A stretch of DNA of 62,981 nucleotides, counting the filler, from Octopus bimaculoides (taxonomy: Eukaryota): the NCBI RefSeq assembly GCF_001194135.2. It is 5 parts of 5 records of this genome, joined end to end, with 100 filler letters (N's around TTAATTAATTAA, not from the genome) between each part and the next. Parts side by side here need not be neighbours in the genome. Positions count along the whole stretch, not along the records: positions 1 to 25,798 come from NC_068999.1; positions 25,899 to 38,962 come from NC_068991.1; 3 more parts are not named here. One strand, given 5' to 3'. Made by a program: the position numbers and the translations under genes. Numbering within the stretch: the first letter of the stretch is position 1; every line of letters begins with the position of its first letter. A model generated the notes under the pieces. It searched no databases, had not been told where the DNA came from, and saw nothing but the letters and a program-made list of their open reading frames with translations. Below are positions 13,378 to 26,112 of the stretch, in pieces.

Positions 13378-13548
13378 TTTGGTACAAGGCTAGCAATTTT
13401 AGGGGAGAGAACCACTCGAATGTATCGGGCCCCAGTGTTCAACTGGTACTTATTTTATCGATCTCGAAAGAATGAAGGGCAAAGTCGACCTCTGCGGGAT
13501 TTGAACCCAGAACGCAAAGACAGCTGAAATGCTGGTAAGCATTTTGTC
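13378..13548 (-). mobile_element. SINE family A copy
   Basis: CCCCAGTGTTCAACTGGTACTTATTTTATCGA...GGCAAAGTCGACCTC...ATTTGAAC. Confidence 0.88.
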
Positions 13549-13719
13549 ACCCAAAACAAAAATATATCTATATGGAAAATGAGAAAAAAAAGTATCCAAA
13601 TTTTATATTTTATATCCTGAAAATAGAGAAACTGAAAGAATATCTTTAATAATTGCGTCTTCATGAAATAAGTAAAAGAATAACAAAAACACAAACCAGC
13701 TTATGAGGAATAGATAATT

Positions 13720-13905
13720 GAGGCCCTAGGACTTAGAAACATGCACTGTACAAAGAAGACAGCACTTATCACGGAGAACAGCGTCAATATTATGGGAAAT
13801 AGAATCGACCTAAAATCATAATGTTACACATACTCAAGGCACATCGTACTGTGCTCGGTAGTGCGAGGAGAGTACAGCACAAAAATTAAAAATTACTGAA
13901 AAACA
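13720..13905 (+). mobile_element. Diverged 3' end of an R4/Dong-like LINE
   Basis: CACATACTCAAGGCACATCGTACTGTGCTCGGTAGTG...AAAATTACTGAA aligns to the 3' UTR at 39215-39290. Confidence 0.6.
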
Positions 13906-14512
13906 AAAATATAAATAGGAGAAAGTCAATGTTATTTTCATTTCCGTTTGATTATGTTTTTAAATTTTGTTAATATTAAAAAAAAAAAAAAAATACGGAA
14001 TGCTTTTGCATTGCAGAAAACCATTTCTTTATTTTATATATTTTTTTTCCGGCAGATTCCTCTATCTTTTCACATGATTAAATATATAGATATTCATAGT
14101 TTCCGGCTAATTTGCGCGAGATTTATATGTATATAATTAGGGGGCATCACTGTCTATTATCACACAAGATATTAAGATAAGTTATTTCTAGCCTGATGTC
14201 TCAATTATCGTCTTATATCCGTAAGGTTTAATCAAATATCTTCGCTAAATGAGGTGGTAGGCTCCCGTGGAAGAGAATCTGTAACGTGGGATCAAATCCT
14301 GCAGTGTTCCTGACTTTTTCGTTTTCTTGCAGCCTTTCACTAATATCCATAAAAAAAAATGGCTGAATGCCATTACAACACCAGTTCATCAATTCTTATT
14401 TTGTTCCATTGCTCTATCATACAGGTGTAGCTAGGTCACCCGTCACTGGATACTCATGGTAAGGAAAGTACAATGATTTCACTCTGTCCTTTACACTAAT
14501 GAATTGATTATT

Positions 14513-14810
14513 GAAGGCACGTGGCCTAGTGATTAGCGTATTACGCTCATGATAGCTAGATCGGGGGTTCGATTCCCGGGTCGGGCGGTGCGTTGTGTTC
14601 TTAAACAAAACGCTTCTTTTCACGTTTCTCCTGTTCACTCAGAAGCAAATGGGTCACCCTGTGACGGAATAGTTCTACGATCAGAGGCAATATTGGCCTG
14701 CTCACCTAGCCAGTAGGGTGGCGTCATTCGAAAGCTATAACTATGCAAAACGCATTGTGACCAGCGATGTATAACACCCGATAATCCGGTCGATACCGTA
14801 ATATATATAA
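14513..14810 (+). mobile_element. tRNA-derived CORE-like SINE, family C
   Basis: A box GTGGCCTAGTGATTAG, B box GGTTCGATTCCC, then GTTGTGTTCTTAAACAAAACGCTT core-like block. tRNA-like head but no complete cloverleaf. Confidence 0.85.
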
Positions 14811-14850
14811 ATAAACTTGTGATTATCATATCTAATAATATAATATGAAG

Positions 14851-15075
14851 CAGGCGGCGAGCTGGCAGAAACGTTAGCACGCTGGGCGAAATACTTAGTG
14901 GTATCTCGTCTGTCTTTATGTTCAGAGTTCAAATTCTGCCGAGGTCGATTTTGCCTTTTATCCTTTCGGGGTCGATAAATTAAATACCAGTTGTGTACTG
15001 GAGTCGATGTAATCGACTTAGTCCCTTTGTTTGTCTCATCTATGTTTAGCCCCTTGTGGGAAATAAAGAAATAAA
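14851..15075 (+). mobile_element. SINE family A, full length (tail type 1)
   Basis: GGCGAGCTGGCAGAAACGTTAG...GAGTTCAAATTC...GGGGTCGATAAATT...TTAGCCCCTTGTGGG.AATAAAGAAATA. Confidence 0.93.
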
Positions 15076-15974
15076 TATTTATTTTCTAAGTTGCTTTGGG
15101 TGTTTCTATTGCAGGAGTCCAAGCACCGTTTTGTTTTTTAATTCGATGCTGTGCCAACGAAAGCTAGGGATCACTGTAGAATAAGGGACCACAAAGAAGG
15201 AAGGGAATGGGGCTAAATATTCAAAATATATCGATCGATAGAAAAGTTAAAGAACTGAATATCATAGTCCATAAGAAAACAAGATGGTGGTACTGAATTT
15301 CACAGAGCAGCAGTCCGAGGAAAGAAGCTATCAAAATAAAAGAACTTGTGATCATCAGGAAACCTAATTGAGAAATGATGTACTGGAAAGAAAAGAAGCG
15401 GATGACACGTTTAAAGGTCTTGACCGTGGAAATACTCGTAGAAAAGGCACAACGAAGATAAATTTCGACGGTGAGACATTAGCTTCGATCTTGCAGAAAG
15501 GAGAGGACTCACTATGGTAACAATTCGATTCTGAGGCGATGGTAATGAGTTCAGGAAAGCAGCAGTTCGAGGAAAGAAACTATTAGAATAATAAGACCTG
15601 AGACAGGAAGCTCAACAGAAAAGAAACCGGTGAAATGCTTAAATATTTTGACAATAGACTTTACCGTTCTTCAAAGGCCAGCAAGATAAACACCAGTTAT
15701 GTACTGGTTTCTCCACAGTTAATCGTTTGAGTACGTTGTTCAGTTTGCTTTCGTCTCTTTGTATCTAACGTTTCCCAGGCGACAGCTTTAGAGATGACAA
15801 GCGTCAGTGGTCGCATTTCTCTTGTTTTCTGCAGAAAATTACTATATTTAACGTTTAATATAAAGATTGAACAATCTCCTCATTTTACTTCAATGCAGTA
15901 ACGCGGAAATCAGGAGATACGCAGTACATCTCCCTTCAGTGAACCTGTCACGTTATCTCTCTGTCTCACTTTCC

Positions 15975-16016
<42 letters not shown>

Positions 16017-17139
16017 GCTCTCTCAAATTGTTGCTGATGCAGTCTAATATCATTTCAATTCTTCCATTCGGAAACTTGTGCTGATATTAAAGAAATAAAG
16101 ACGTACCTATTTATATGCACGTTTTCTCTTGATGCTCATCGTTTATAGAAATCGAACTAAACAACTTTCTAATCGAAACGTAAGATTTCAACAAACTTTG
16201 AAGATTAACATTGAATGCGGAAGACCCTGACAGAAAATGTTAGTTATAATAGCCATAATGTAACAACAGATTTGAGAAAATGTCGACACTAAAGCTGTGA
16301 CTTAGAATGGAATATTATGTGAAGTAATCTATTTGTCGTTAGCATCGGTATGAATCAGAGAGAGAAGGCAAGCGAAAGAGAGAAGGTGAGAGAGAGAGAG
16401 AGAGAGAGAAAGAGAAGGAGGGAGAAGGAGAGAAAGAGACAAACAGGCAGAAAGTGACAGAGCAAGGCTTTTCAAAAGCTATATTCTTTCATCTGCTGCT
16501 AGAAATTTACCGATTCTATGTCTAATCTCGCGGTTATTCAGTACGTGTACATCATTCTGATATTTTTCGTGAAGTGCTTGTTGCTAATAACATATGAACT
16601 CTTTCCCTTGAGTGTGTAGAAGAAAAGGTTTTCTGAAATGAAAAGGTGAGGATTTTGTTGCCGTTGTTGTTGTTGTTGTTATTGTTGTTGCTGTTAGATG
16701 CCGTTAAGGTGGGAGGTAGGGGAGAAACTGCTCTGTGCGATTGTGCAGGTAAACGTAGAAATAGTGGTAACGATGACGACGACGACGACGACGACGATAA
16801 TGATGGTTGTTGTGATGGGTGTCAGGTAGAGGAGAGCTTCTCGAAAAACCTTGCATCCTCTCAACATATTTGGTTTGGGAATTAACTTACAACATTATAA
16901 TAAAATACGGTTTTCTTTCTGAACTCAGTTTCGTTTAATCACCTTACACGCCCGTTGCACAATCTTCATTTAATCCAGACGTGCATCTTTAAATATCGTA
17001 ATTTGATCATCACACGAAACCCATCGTCTTAAGTGATTTCTGCGCATTGAATACTTTAGTACTTGAATACACCCAATGTACCCGTTTTAAATGTTCTGTA
17101 TACAGACATTCAAATTGGTACAGAGGCATTTTCTTACAA

Positions 17140-17290
17140 AGCCACAATGTGTTAGACTCACAATCGCTAGATCGTGATTTCAATTCCTAGACCGGGCGGT
17201 GTGTTGTGTTCTTGAGCAAAGCACTTCATTGCAAGTTGATCTGTGATCACTGCGACACCTGACATGTGGCACCCGTTGCACCGGTACAAC
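17140..17290 (+). mobile_element. SINE family C, truncated variant
   Basis: GTGTTAGACTCACAATCGCTAGATCGTGATTTCAATTCCTAGACCGGGCGGTGTGTTGTGTTCTTGAGCAAAGCACTTCA matches 14530-14615. Confidence 0.8.
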
Positions 17291-17387
17291 GGCTTTTAAT
17301 TAGTTAAAGAATCAATAATGATTATTCGTCGGTTAATTCATAGGAATTCTCAGGCAAGCAAGATTCACCCATAAAAATGAATATTAT

Positions 17388-17600
17388 CCTTTCTACTCCG
17401 TGTACAATGACCGAATTTTTGTGGGGAGGGAGCTAAGTGATTATATCGACCCAAGTGTTCAACTGGTACTTATTTTATCGACAACGAAAGTATGAAAGGC
17501 AAAGTCGACCTCAGCAGAATTTGAACTCAGAGCGTAAAGACCGACGAAATGCTGCTTAACGTTTTGTCCAGCGTGCAAACTATTCTGTCAGCTTTCTGTC
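17388..17600 (-). mobile_element. SINE family A copy
   Basis: Family A body on the minus strand with a type-2 tail. Confidence 0.9.
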
Positions 17601-17621
17601 TTAGTATGATATAATGGTTTC

Positions 17622-17802
17622 AAATTTTGCCATAAGGGCAGCAATTTTGAGGGGACGAGGATGAGTCGATTACATCGACCCCAGTGCACAACTGGTACTT
17701 ATTTTATCGACCCCGAAAGGATGAAAAGCAAAGTCAACTTCGGCGGAATTTGAACACAGAACATAGCGACGGGCAAAATACCGCTAAGCATTTCGTCCAG
17801 CG
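17622..17802 (-). mobile_element. SINE family A copy (tandem with 17388-17600)
   Basis: ATCGACCCCAGTGCACAACTGGTACTTATTTTATCGACCCCGAAAGGATGAAA...ATTTGAAC. Confidence 0.9.
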
Positions 17803-17899
17803 TCTAGCTCTCGGTGTTAGGATAATATAATGATATTTAAAACTCGCTGTGCCATCCGTAAAACAGACCCTTTGAACACTCGGAATGTATTAATTGGTT

Positions 17900-18250
17900 T
17901 GGGTTTGTATGGTAGGGTGGGTGTTGAACTGCATGTCGGGATTTCTTGCCTTGTATTGTTCCAAACAATGGCGAAACAGAGTAGGTTGGAGGCGGTTTGA
18001 TAGCTTTCGTTAGGTTTGTAGATGTGTTTATTAAATATGGCTGTGTTCTTGGATAGTTTATCGTTTAATAATTGCTTGTTAATTGATGCATGGCTTTACT
18101 GATCATAATTACAATTGACTCGCTCTCTGTGTGTATGTATGGGGCGGGGTATACTTTAATCGGGTTGGTGAAAATAGGTGCAGGTCACGAGCATAAAAAA
18201 CGGTTTGACCTTTTGGAAATTAGGCGAAAGTTTGAAGAATCGATTAATAT
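17900..18250 (-). mobile_element. Possible heavily decayed Penelope-like RT fragment
   Basis: Minus-strand pieces PAPYIHTESES and SINKQLLNDKLSKNTAIFNKH loosely resemble the PLE motif YIHxESNHP...SINxRLS...IFN. Weak. Confidence 0.25.
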
Positions 18251-18547
18251 GAGACGCGACATTTAGTCGAATAGTGGAATGACAGGCGTGATGGTCCGTA
18301 GAAGCTATGACAGATGTGAAGAATAAAAAAAGTAAATAAAAATACGTATAAAATTATAAATATATTTAATTTATGTCAAGAATTATATGAATAAACACAA
18401 TATGAAGAATGAATAGATCTAAAAATTGGGGAAAAAAAAAACTAAATTTATGTAGAGAAAATGTAAATAATTGAATATAAATAATATCGAAAATATAAAA
18501 TAAAAATAATAATAACAGCAACAATAATAACCCTGTCGATTGTAGGC

Positions 18548-18662
18548 ACAAGGCCTGAAATTTTAGGGGAGGGAGGGGGCTAGTGGATTACATTGAACCC
18601 ATTACAATATTGGTGCTTATTTTATCGACACCCTAAAACATGGAAAGCAAAATTGACCTAGG
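18548..18662 (-). mobile_element. SINE family A, 3' part
   Basis: GGCACAAGGCCTGAAATTTT.GGGGAGG...TGGTGCTTATTTTATCGAC...GCAAAATTGACCT. Confidence 0.75.
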
Positions 18663-18685
18663 TGGCATGCGTTGCTCTCTCACTC

Positions 18686-18717
<32 letters not shown>
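18661..18717 (+). mobile_element. 3' terminus plus (AAT)n tail of the retroposon seen at 44321-44875
   Basis: GGTGGCATGCGTTGCTCTCTCACTC(AAT)n matches the reverse complement of 44321-44345 (22/25). Confidence 0.75.
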
Positions 18718-20218
18718 NNNNNNNNNNNNNNNNNNNNNNNNNNNNNNNNNNNNNNNNNNNNNNNNNNNNNNNNNNNNNNNNNNNNNNNNNNNNNNNNNNN
18801 NNNNNNNNNNNNNNNNNNNNNNNNNNNNNNNNNNNNNNNNNNNNNNNNNNNNNNNNNNNNNNNNNNNNNNNNNNNNNNNNNNNNNNNNNNNNNNNNNNNN
18901 NNNNNNNNNNNNNNNNNNNNNNNNNNNNNNNNNNNNNNNNNNNNNNNNNNNNNNNNNNNNNNNNNNNNNNNNNNNNNNNNNNNNNNNNNNNNNNNNNNNN
19001 NNNNNNNNNNNNNNNNNNNNNNNNNNNNNNNNNNNNNNNNNNNNNNNNNNNNNNNNNNNNNNNNNNNNNNNNNNNNNNNNNNNNNNNNNNNNNNNNNNNN
19101 NNNNNNNNNNNNNNNNNNNNNNNNNNNNNNNNNNNNNNNNNNNNNNNNNNNNNNNNNNNNNNNNNNNNNNNNNNNNNNNNNNNNNNNNNNNNNNNNNNNN
19201 NNNNNNNNNNNNNNNNNNNNNNNNNNNNNNNNNNNNNNNNNNNNNNNNNNNNNNNNNNNNNNNNNNNNNNNNNNNNNNNNNNNNNNNNNNNNNNNNNNNN
19301 NNNNNNNNNNNNNNNNNNNNNNNNNNNNNNNNNNNNNNNNNNNNNNNNNNNNNNNNNNNNNNNNNNNNNNNNNNNNNNNNNNNNNNNNNNNNNNNNNNNN
19401 NNNNNNNNNNNNNNNNNNNNNNNNNNNNNNNNNNNNNNNNNNNNNNNNNNNNNNNNNNNNNNNNNNNNNNNNNNNNNNNNNNNNNNNNNNNNNNNNNNNN
19501 NNNNNNNNNNNNNNNNNNNNNNNNNNNNNNNNNNNNNNNNNNNNNNNNNNNTATATATATGCATATAGGCTTGTATGTATGGATATTTGTGTGTATATAT
19601 ATGTATAAATGCATATTCATATTACACACACACACACACACACACGCACGCACATATTTTTATAGGCATTTATATAGACGTGATTATCGAGACTTAAAGA
19701 AAAGCATGGGGCTAGTTTTAGCGCTTGGATTGGGATTCTTTAAAAATTATTCCCTTATTAACCCTTTCCGTTTGGACATGCAGCATTTATACATTCCTCG
19801 GACTTTCTATATCTTTCTTGTGTTATCTTATCTTTCGGATGAACTGTTAATTACCAGATTAGTTATGACAATAACGATGTATAAAAAGATATGTCCATAA
19901 CGTGTGCTTTGAAATGTTGATCGCTTATGCGGCGTTCCTTAGAGGAATGAAAAGTGTGGACCTAAGTTCCATGATGTGTTATCCGTGTTTACATCTTTGT
20001 ATGATATTTTACAATTTAATGTGGCTTTGATAATTAATCTTTTAATGTTTGAGTTTCTTTTGGTATTCCTTGAGCGATGGCAATGATACATTTGTTTCTA
20101 TGCTGTAGGAGGCAGCTATCGCAATACATTGCGTTATGCAACACATTGGAAAACAAAACACTCATAAAACCTGCTCATACCCACCCACACTCAAAAGCAT
20201 ACACACGGCACATGTCTG

Positions 20219-20265
<47 letters not shown>

Positions 20266-21067
20266 NNNNNNNNNNNNNNNNNNNNNNNNNNNNNNNNNNN
20301 NNNNNNNNNNNNNNNNNNNNNNNNNNNNNNNNNNNNNNNNNNNNNNNNNNNNNNNNNNNNNNNNNNNNNNNNNNNNNNNNNNNNNNNNNNNNNNNNNNNN
20401 NNNNNNNNNNNNNNNNNNNNNNNNNNNNNNNNNNNNNNNNNNNNNNNNNNNNNNNNNNNNNNNNNNNNNNNNNNNNNNNNNNNNNNNNNNNNNNNNNNNN
20501 NNNNNNNNNNNNNNNNNNNNNNNNNNNNNNNNNNNNNNNNNNNNNNNNNNNNNNNNNNNNNNNNNNNNNNNNNNNNNNNNNNNNNNNNNNNNNNNNNNNN
20601 NNNNNNNNNNNNNNNNNNNNNNNNNNNNNNNNNNNNNNNNNNNNNNNNNNNNNNNNNNNNNNNNNNNNNNNNNNNNNNNNNNNNNNNNNNNNNNNNNNNN
20701 NNNNNNNNNNNNNNNNNNNNNNNNNNNNNNNNNNNNNNNNNNNNNNNNNNNNNNNNNNNNNNNNNNNNNNNNNNNNNNNNNNNNNNNNNNNNNNNNNNNN
20801 NNNNNNNNNNNNNNNNNNNNNNNNNNNNNNNNNNNNNNNNNNNNNNNNNNNNNNNNNNNNNNNNNNNNNNNNNNNNNNNNNNNNNNNNNNNNNNNNNNNN
20901 NNNNNNNNNNNNNNNNNNNNNNNNNNTATATATATATATATATATATACATATATACATATGCACACACCAGTCACGTATGATCCACAGACACACACAAA
21001 CACACACACATGCACACACACACATGTACACATACACACCTACACTCACCTTGCACAATGACACTGG

Positions 21068-21101
<34 letters not shown>

Positions 21102-22888
21102 TCACTTTATAAAAAGAGATGATCAAATGGTTTGAACGATAAGAGCTTCGGCAGAGCTAACATATTACCCGTTTCTCCCCATCCTCATCACCACCACCAA
21201 CAAGAACAAGAACAGCAACAACAACATCAACGTGAATAAGTATTAGAACAAGCACTACAATAAACATTAGGAAAGCAACACCTTAAGCTGTGTCTTTTCA
21301 ATATGCAATCTCCTATTTTTATCGTTAATCTCCAATTTCTCGTTAGCTCTCCGTATTAATACTCATTCCGCCATATTACGATAAAGGACAGATGTTGGTA
21401 GAGGCAGTAGGTAGACGATAGAATGGAGAAATAAGACAAGAAAAACTAGAAAGAATGGTTAGGACAAGGTGACCTAAACTTGCGGTAGGCCACGAATCCA
21501 GAAAGAGAGAGAGAGAGAAAAAATAATATCAAAAGGATTTAGGAACCAAAAGAAAACCGCAAGAAAAACCGACGAAAAAACAAGCAGAAATGTGAGAAAA
21601 CAATATAAAACGTTTATAAATGGAAAGAGAAATCTTGTCACAAACAATACATCCAGAATGAAGAGAAAAACAAGAGGATAAAGAAAAAATTACATTAATA
21701 GGCTCTGGACCTCCTCCGAAATTCTGGGAGTTGGTGGAAAGCGTAAAATGGCTACTGTGGAAATAGAAAATGGCTCACGTTATATTTATGTATTTATATA
21801 TCTACACATAGATGTAAACGTTGGCTAAATATAAGAATATCTACTCTTACACAGACACACAGACACACAGACACACACACATGTATATATATATATGTAT
21901 ATACACACACACACACACACACTCACACATATGCACATACAGATTGACACACACTAATATATATNNNNNNNNNNNNNNNNNNNNNNNNNNNNNNNNNNNN
22001 NNNNNNNNNNNNNNNNNNNNNNNNNNNNNNNNNNNNNNNNNNNNNNNNNNNNNNNNNNNNNNNNNNNNNNNNNNNNNNNNNNNNNNNNNNNNNNNNNNNN
22101 NNNNNNNNNNNNNNNNNNNNNNNNNNNNNNNNNNNNNNNNNNNNNNNNNNNNNNNNNNNNNNNNNNNNNNNNNNNNNNNNNNNNNNNNNNNNNNNNNNNN
22201 NNNNNNNNNNNNNNNNNNNNNNNNNNNNNNNNNNNNNNNNNNNNNNNNNNNNNNNNNNNNNNNNNNNNNNNNNNNNNNNNNNNNNNNNNNNNNNNNNNNN
22301 NNNNNNNNNNNNNNNNNNNNNNNNNNNNNNNNNNNNNNNNNNNNNNNNNNNNNNATATATATATACGTATATATATATATATGTATATATATGTATATAT
22401 ATGTATATATATGTATATATATACATACACACACACACATATATACATATGCATACATACACACACATATATATATATACATATACATACATGCATACAC
22501 ATATATATATGTATAAACATATGCTTATAAATTTTAGTCTACTTATGTATAGGAAAGCTCAATGTGTATATAATATAATATATAGCATAATATATACATG
22601 CATGTGTATATACATACATATGTATGTTTATATGTATGCATGAATGAATGTTTATGTGTATATATGCGTGTGTATGTTTTTTATGTGTGCGTGTGTATGT
22701 GTATTAAGCATGCAGTTATATTACGTTTATGTATTCATACATAGTTTTGTTGTAGAATCACCGAGATTAATACTTAATATAGAGTGTATTACCGTATTAT
22801 GGTGAGCAATTACATATATATATAATGGATTAAAATATGAGAATACACACACAAAGCATACATAGAACTACACAGACACATAGACAAA

Positions 22889-22919
<31 letters not shown>

Positions 22920-23088
22920 TACGCGACTAAAAAGAGTTTTACGCCTAGTTCGATGGTTTCCATGTAGCGTTGTGCAATCTTCAACGAGGAAACCCAAATG
23001 CATTCTATAAGGCTTATATACATAATTGTTTTGTGCCTCTCTTGTGAATGGCTGCAGGTATAATTTTTGCGTTACAAATTTTAGGGGA

Positions 23089-23123
<35 letters not shown>

Positions 23124-23202
23124 AGTTACTTTTCGTGCTGTATTTTTAAGAGTAATAATTATTAGACAGGTGTCCTCCCGATCTTATTTCCATTAAGGTT
23201 GT

Positions 23203-23600
23203 TACTCTTTACTCTTTTACTTGTTTCAGTCATTTGACTACGGCCATGCTGGAGCACCGCCTTTAGTCGAGCAAATCGACCCCAGGACTTATTCTTTGTA
23301 AGCCTAGTACTTATTCTATCGGTCTCTTATGCCGAACCGCTAAGTTACGGGGACGTAAACACATCAGCATCGGTTGTCAAGCGATGCTGGGGGGACAAAC
23401 ACAGACACACATATATATATATATACATATACATATATACGACAGGCTTCTTTCAGTTTCCGTCTACCAAATCCACTCACAAGGCTTTGGTCGGCCCGAG
23501 GCTATAGTAGAAGACACTTGCCCAAGATGCCACGCAGTGGGACTGAACCCGGAACCATGTGGTTGGTAGGCAAGCTACTTACCACACAGCCACTCCTGCG
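23203..23600 (-). mobile_element. SINE family B, full length, with internal (TA/CA) tract
   Basis: Head CAGGAGTGGCTGTGTGGTAAG, B-box-like GGTTCAGTCCC, core-like TTGGGCAAGTGTCTT, tail ...CAAATGACTGAAACAAGTAAAAGAGTAAAGAG. Confidence 0.95.
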
Positions 23601-25626
23601 CCTATACCACACAGCCACTCCTGTTCATCATATTACCTGTAACTCTTGCTCTACTCTACGATAACATTTAACTCAATACAACCTGCAGCATTTTCGAATT
23701 GTCAGTGACTAAAGCGGAAGCCTACTAAGCTTCCTTGGTGAGGAGGATGAGTTTTGGACACCCTACGGGATGAAAAAACACGACCCGTCTAAGGCCGTAG
23801 GAACCAAAGAGAGTTAACGTCCAACCATTATAGATAAAGACTGTTCATCAGTCTTAGGGAAGGCAATATTGTTAAATTGACAGGTCACCCAATACTTTTC
23901 GGTTCAATACCATATTCACCACATTTCTTCATTCAAAAATATAGAAAAAACAAATTTAGCAAACAATCCAATCACGTTTGGAGTTTGAAAGATCGCAATA
24001 CTGCATTCATTCAACGTTAAGAGGTACATCTTTGAAAGATGTAAACCATACAAATATACCACAAAAGCCGACTGGTTATGCGTAACTAAAACAAATCTTA
24101 TACTGAAAGTAGTTGTGAAAATAGATTAAAATTTACAATTTTATATTTATGCAGGCCTACTTTAGTAATAACATTTAAAGTTATTAACAAGATCAATTTA
24201 GCNNNNNNNNNNNNNNNNNNNNNNNNNNNNNNNNNNNNNNNNNNNNNNNNNNNNNNNNNNNNNNNNNNNNNNNNNNNNNNNNNNNNNNNNNNNNNNNNNN
24301 NNNNNNNNNNNNNNNNNNNNNNNNNNNNNNNNNNNNNNNNNNNNNNNNNNNNNNNNNNNNNNNNNNNNNNNNNNNNNNNNNNNNNNNNNNNNNNNNNNNN
24401 NNNNNNNNNNNNNNNNNNNNNNNNNNNNNNNNNNNNNNNNNNNNNNNNNNNNNNNNNNNNNNNNNNNNNNNNNNNNNNNNNNNNNNNNNNNNNNNNNNNN
24501 NNNNNNNNNNNNNNNNNNNNNNNNNNNNNNNNNNNNNNNNNNNNNNNNNNNNNNNNNNNNNNNNNNNNNNNNNNNNNNNNNNNNNNNNNNNNNNNNNNNN
24601 NNNNNNNNNNNNNNNNNNNNNNNNNNNNNNNNNNNNNNNNNNNNNNNNNNNNNNNNNNNNNNNNNNNNNNNNNNNNNNNNNNNNNNNNNNNNNNNNNNNN
24701 NNNNNNNNNNNNNNNNNNNNNNNNNNNNNNNNNNNNNNNNNNNNNNNNNNNNNNNNNNNNNNNNNNNNNNNNNNNNNNNNNNNNNNNNNNNNNNNNNNNN
24801 NNNNNNNNNNNNNNNNNNNNNNTGTATATAATTTCATTTTTTTCACAAAGTGAAGTAAAAATAAAAACTGAAATAAAATAGGAAAAAAATAAATTCCAAA
24901 CAAAGAATATATATAAAAAAAATCCAAAAACCGGCGGTTCCAACCGTAAGTACAAACAGCACCAACTTCAATGAGAGTCGTAGAGGATTCCTTCATCTTC
25001 AGCAAACACAACACACAATGTTGGCGTTATTAACGAGACTGCTGTGAGTTAACTATCGTTCGTTATCACAGAATGAAAGAAGAAGCCATCTCAAAAGAAA
25101 AGACAATGGACAGAAAAACAAACAAGACATAAAGGTGAAAATAAATAAGACATAAAAAGAAATAAAGAAGGATAAAACAAAACTCTGTCTCATCGCATCT
25201 CTGACTTCAGAGTCTCGTATTTATTTCCTTTCATTTCCTGATGTTTGTTTGTTTATATATTATGTTTATTGTACTTTGATATTTTGTGGCTGTGTTTTTA
25301 TTGTTGTTGTTGCGGGGTTGTTTTTTCTCGTGGTTTCTTTATCTTTCTTTGGGTGTTTGTTTTGTTTGGTGTGTGTGTATATGTGTGTATGTGTGTGTAG
25401 GAGTGTGTGGTTGCTATGCCTGTCGTTGTTCGTTCGCTTATCAGTTAGCATACACACACAAACACATACATACACTCACGAAGCACGTATTTCATGTGTC
25501 TATGCATGTATTACACACACATACACATTAACCCAATATACACACATAAATATGTATATATAAATTTATTGATGGCTAGATAGATACATACGTACATTCA
25601 CACACAAAACACACATACACACACAC

Positions 25627-25701
<75 letters not shown>

Positions 25702-25798
25702 TACTTATATAGATGAGTATATCTATATTCATCTACTAGTATCTATATATGTACACACCTACACATATACGTATATATATATATATATATATATATAT

Positions 25799-25898
25799 NN
25801 NNNNNNNNNNNNNNNNNNNNNNNNNNNNNNNNNNNNNNNNNNTTAATTAATTAANNNNNNNNNNNNNNNNNNNNNNNNNNNNNNNNNNNNNNNNNNNN
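25799..25898. other. Artificial scaffold linker (44 N + TTAATTAATTAA + 44 N)
   Basis: The same 100-bp construct occurs four times; the 12-mer puts stop codons in all six frames. Confidence 0.95.
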
Positions 25899-26068
25899 AG
25901 ACCTGGGCTGAGGTGGTGAGGCAAGACCTTCGTACATTGGGCCTCACCGAGGCGATGACTACTGACCGAGACCTTTGGAAATGTGCTGTGCGTGAGAAGA
26001 CCCGGCAAGCCAAGTAAGATCGTTGCCAGTGCCCCTGGACTGGTTCTTGTGCGGGTGGCACATGAGAT
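25899..26068 (+). mobile_element. 3' end of an RTE-clade LINE
   Basis: TWAEVVRQDLRTLGLTEAMTTDRDLWKCAVREKTRQAK*, typical of an RTE C-terminus, followed by the start of the 3' UTR. Confidence 0.85.
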
Positions 26069-26112
26069 GCACAAGAACCAGTCCAGGGGCACTGGCAACG
26101 ATCTTACTTGGC

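Noticed and set aside
14514-14585. tRNA-like sequences (also heads at ~48040-48098, ~43682 and ~62675)
   Set aside because: They have A and B boxes but continue into SINE bodies and lack a full cloverleaf; SINE heads, not tRNA genes.
16646-16885. ORF resembling a secreted peptide precursor (hydrophobic start, GKRR site)
   Set aside because: Starts at GTG; the hydrophobic and acidic runs come from (GTT)n and (GAC)n repeats; no other support.
2307-18017. 17-bp exact match TAGCTTTCGTTAGGTTT at ~2307 and ~18001
   Set aside because: The match does not extend, and one such hit is not surprising in an AT-rich window of this size.
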